This document shows, in pieces, positions 63,731-64,000 of a stretch of 64,000 bases of DNA. The number at the start of each line of letters is the position of its first letter. Position 1 is the stretch's first letter. Under the pieces are notes generated by a model that was not told the origin of the DNA, ran no database searches, and saw only the letters and a list, made by a program, of their open reading frames with translations. The DNA lies in the NCBI GenBank assembly GCA_026023565.1, contig JAPETS010000009.1, positions 496,001-560,000 of the forward strand, read 5' to 3'. Source of the DNA: Cirrosporium novae-zelandiae (lineage: Eukaryota). The translations under genes were made by a program, and so were the position numbers.

Positions 63731-64000
63731 TGCACCGGTCTTGTAGGGATACCAGGGGGTCTGGGTTGTCGAGAAGAATTTGGTAAGCTATAGGTAAGGT
63801 ACTAGGTACTCCTATCATGGGGAGAGACAATAATTCCGGCAATTAGACATCTTCATCTATGCATGTTTGGGGGGCTGTTTGCGCTAAAGTTCATTGTTTG
63901 TAGAAGCTTTATAAGAATCCAAGGCAGTTGCTTTGAGGTTGACATCTGCGCGCGGGAAGGATTCGCTTGCGCTTCGAAGTCGTGGCCTGTCGTAAGATTG

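Noticed and set aside
1..64000. tRNA, rRNA, CRISPR arrays or intact transposons
   Set aside because: No cloverleaf, repeat-spacer array, LTR or TIR pair, or transposase/RT motif was seen by eye.

Overview
Eukaryotic, intron-containing DNA from a filamentous ascomycete (Pezizomycotina, judged from gene content and short GT..CTRAY..YAG introns; finer taxonomy cannot be read). About 21 protein-coding genes can be supported. Most are conserved housekeeping or cell-cycle genes: MED31, SPP1-like PHD protein, NSE3/MAGE, SEC39, glutaminase GtaA, a Whi5/Nrm1-type repressor, a bZIP factor, STM1 and EFR3. Others are NmrA-like, GST, MAPEG, MYND, arrestin-like and HeLo-like-N proteins. No tRNA, rRNA, CRISPR array or intact transposon was seen. 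Best leads: (1) a three-gene aromatic-catabolism unit (CoA-transferase III family gene, Zn2Cys6 regulator, intradiol dioxygenase); (2) a bZIP gene with a GC-AG intron whose donor overlaps a branch-point motif and an internal stop-generating acceptor, plus two overlapping uORFs; (3) a MYND gene whose expected acceptor reads GG instead of AG; (4) an uncharacterised basic protein with a NuSAP-like motif; (5) a decayed ankyrin-repeat pseudogene. I found no clearly new biological system. Exon boundaries were read by eye and family calls come from motif recognition, not database searches.
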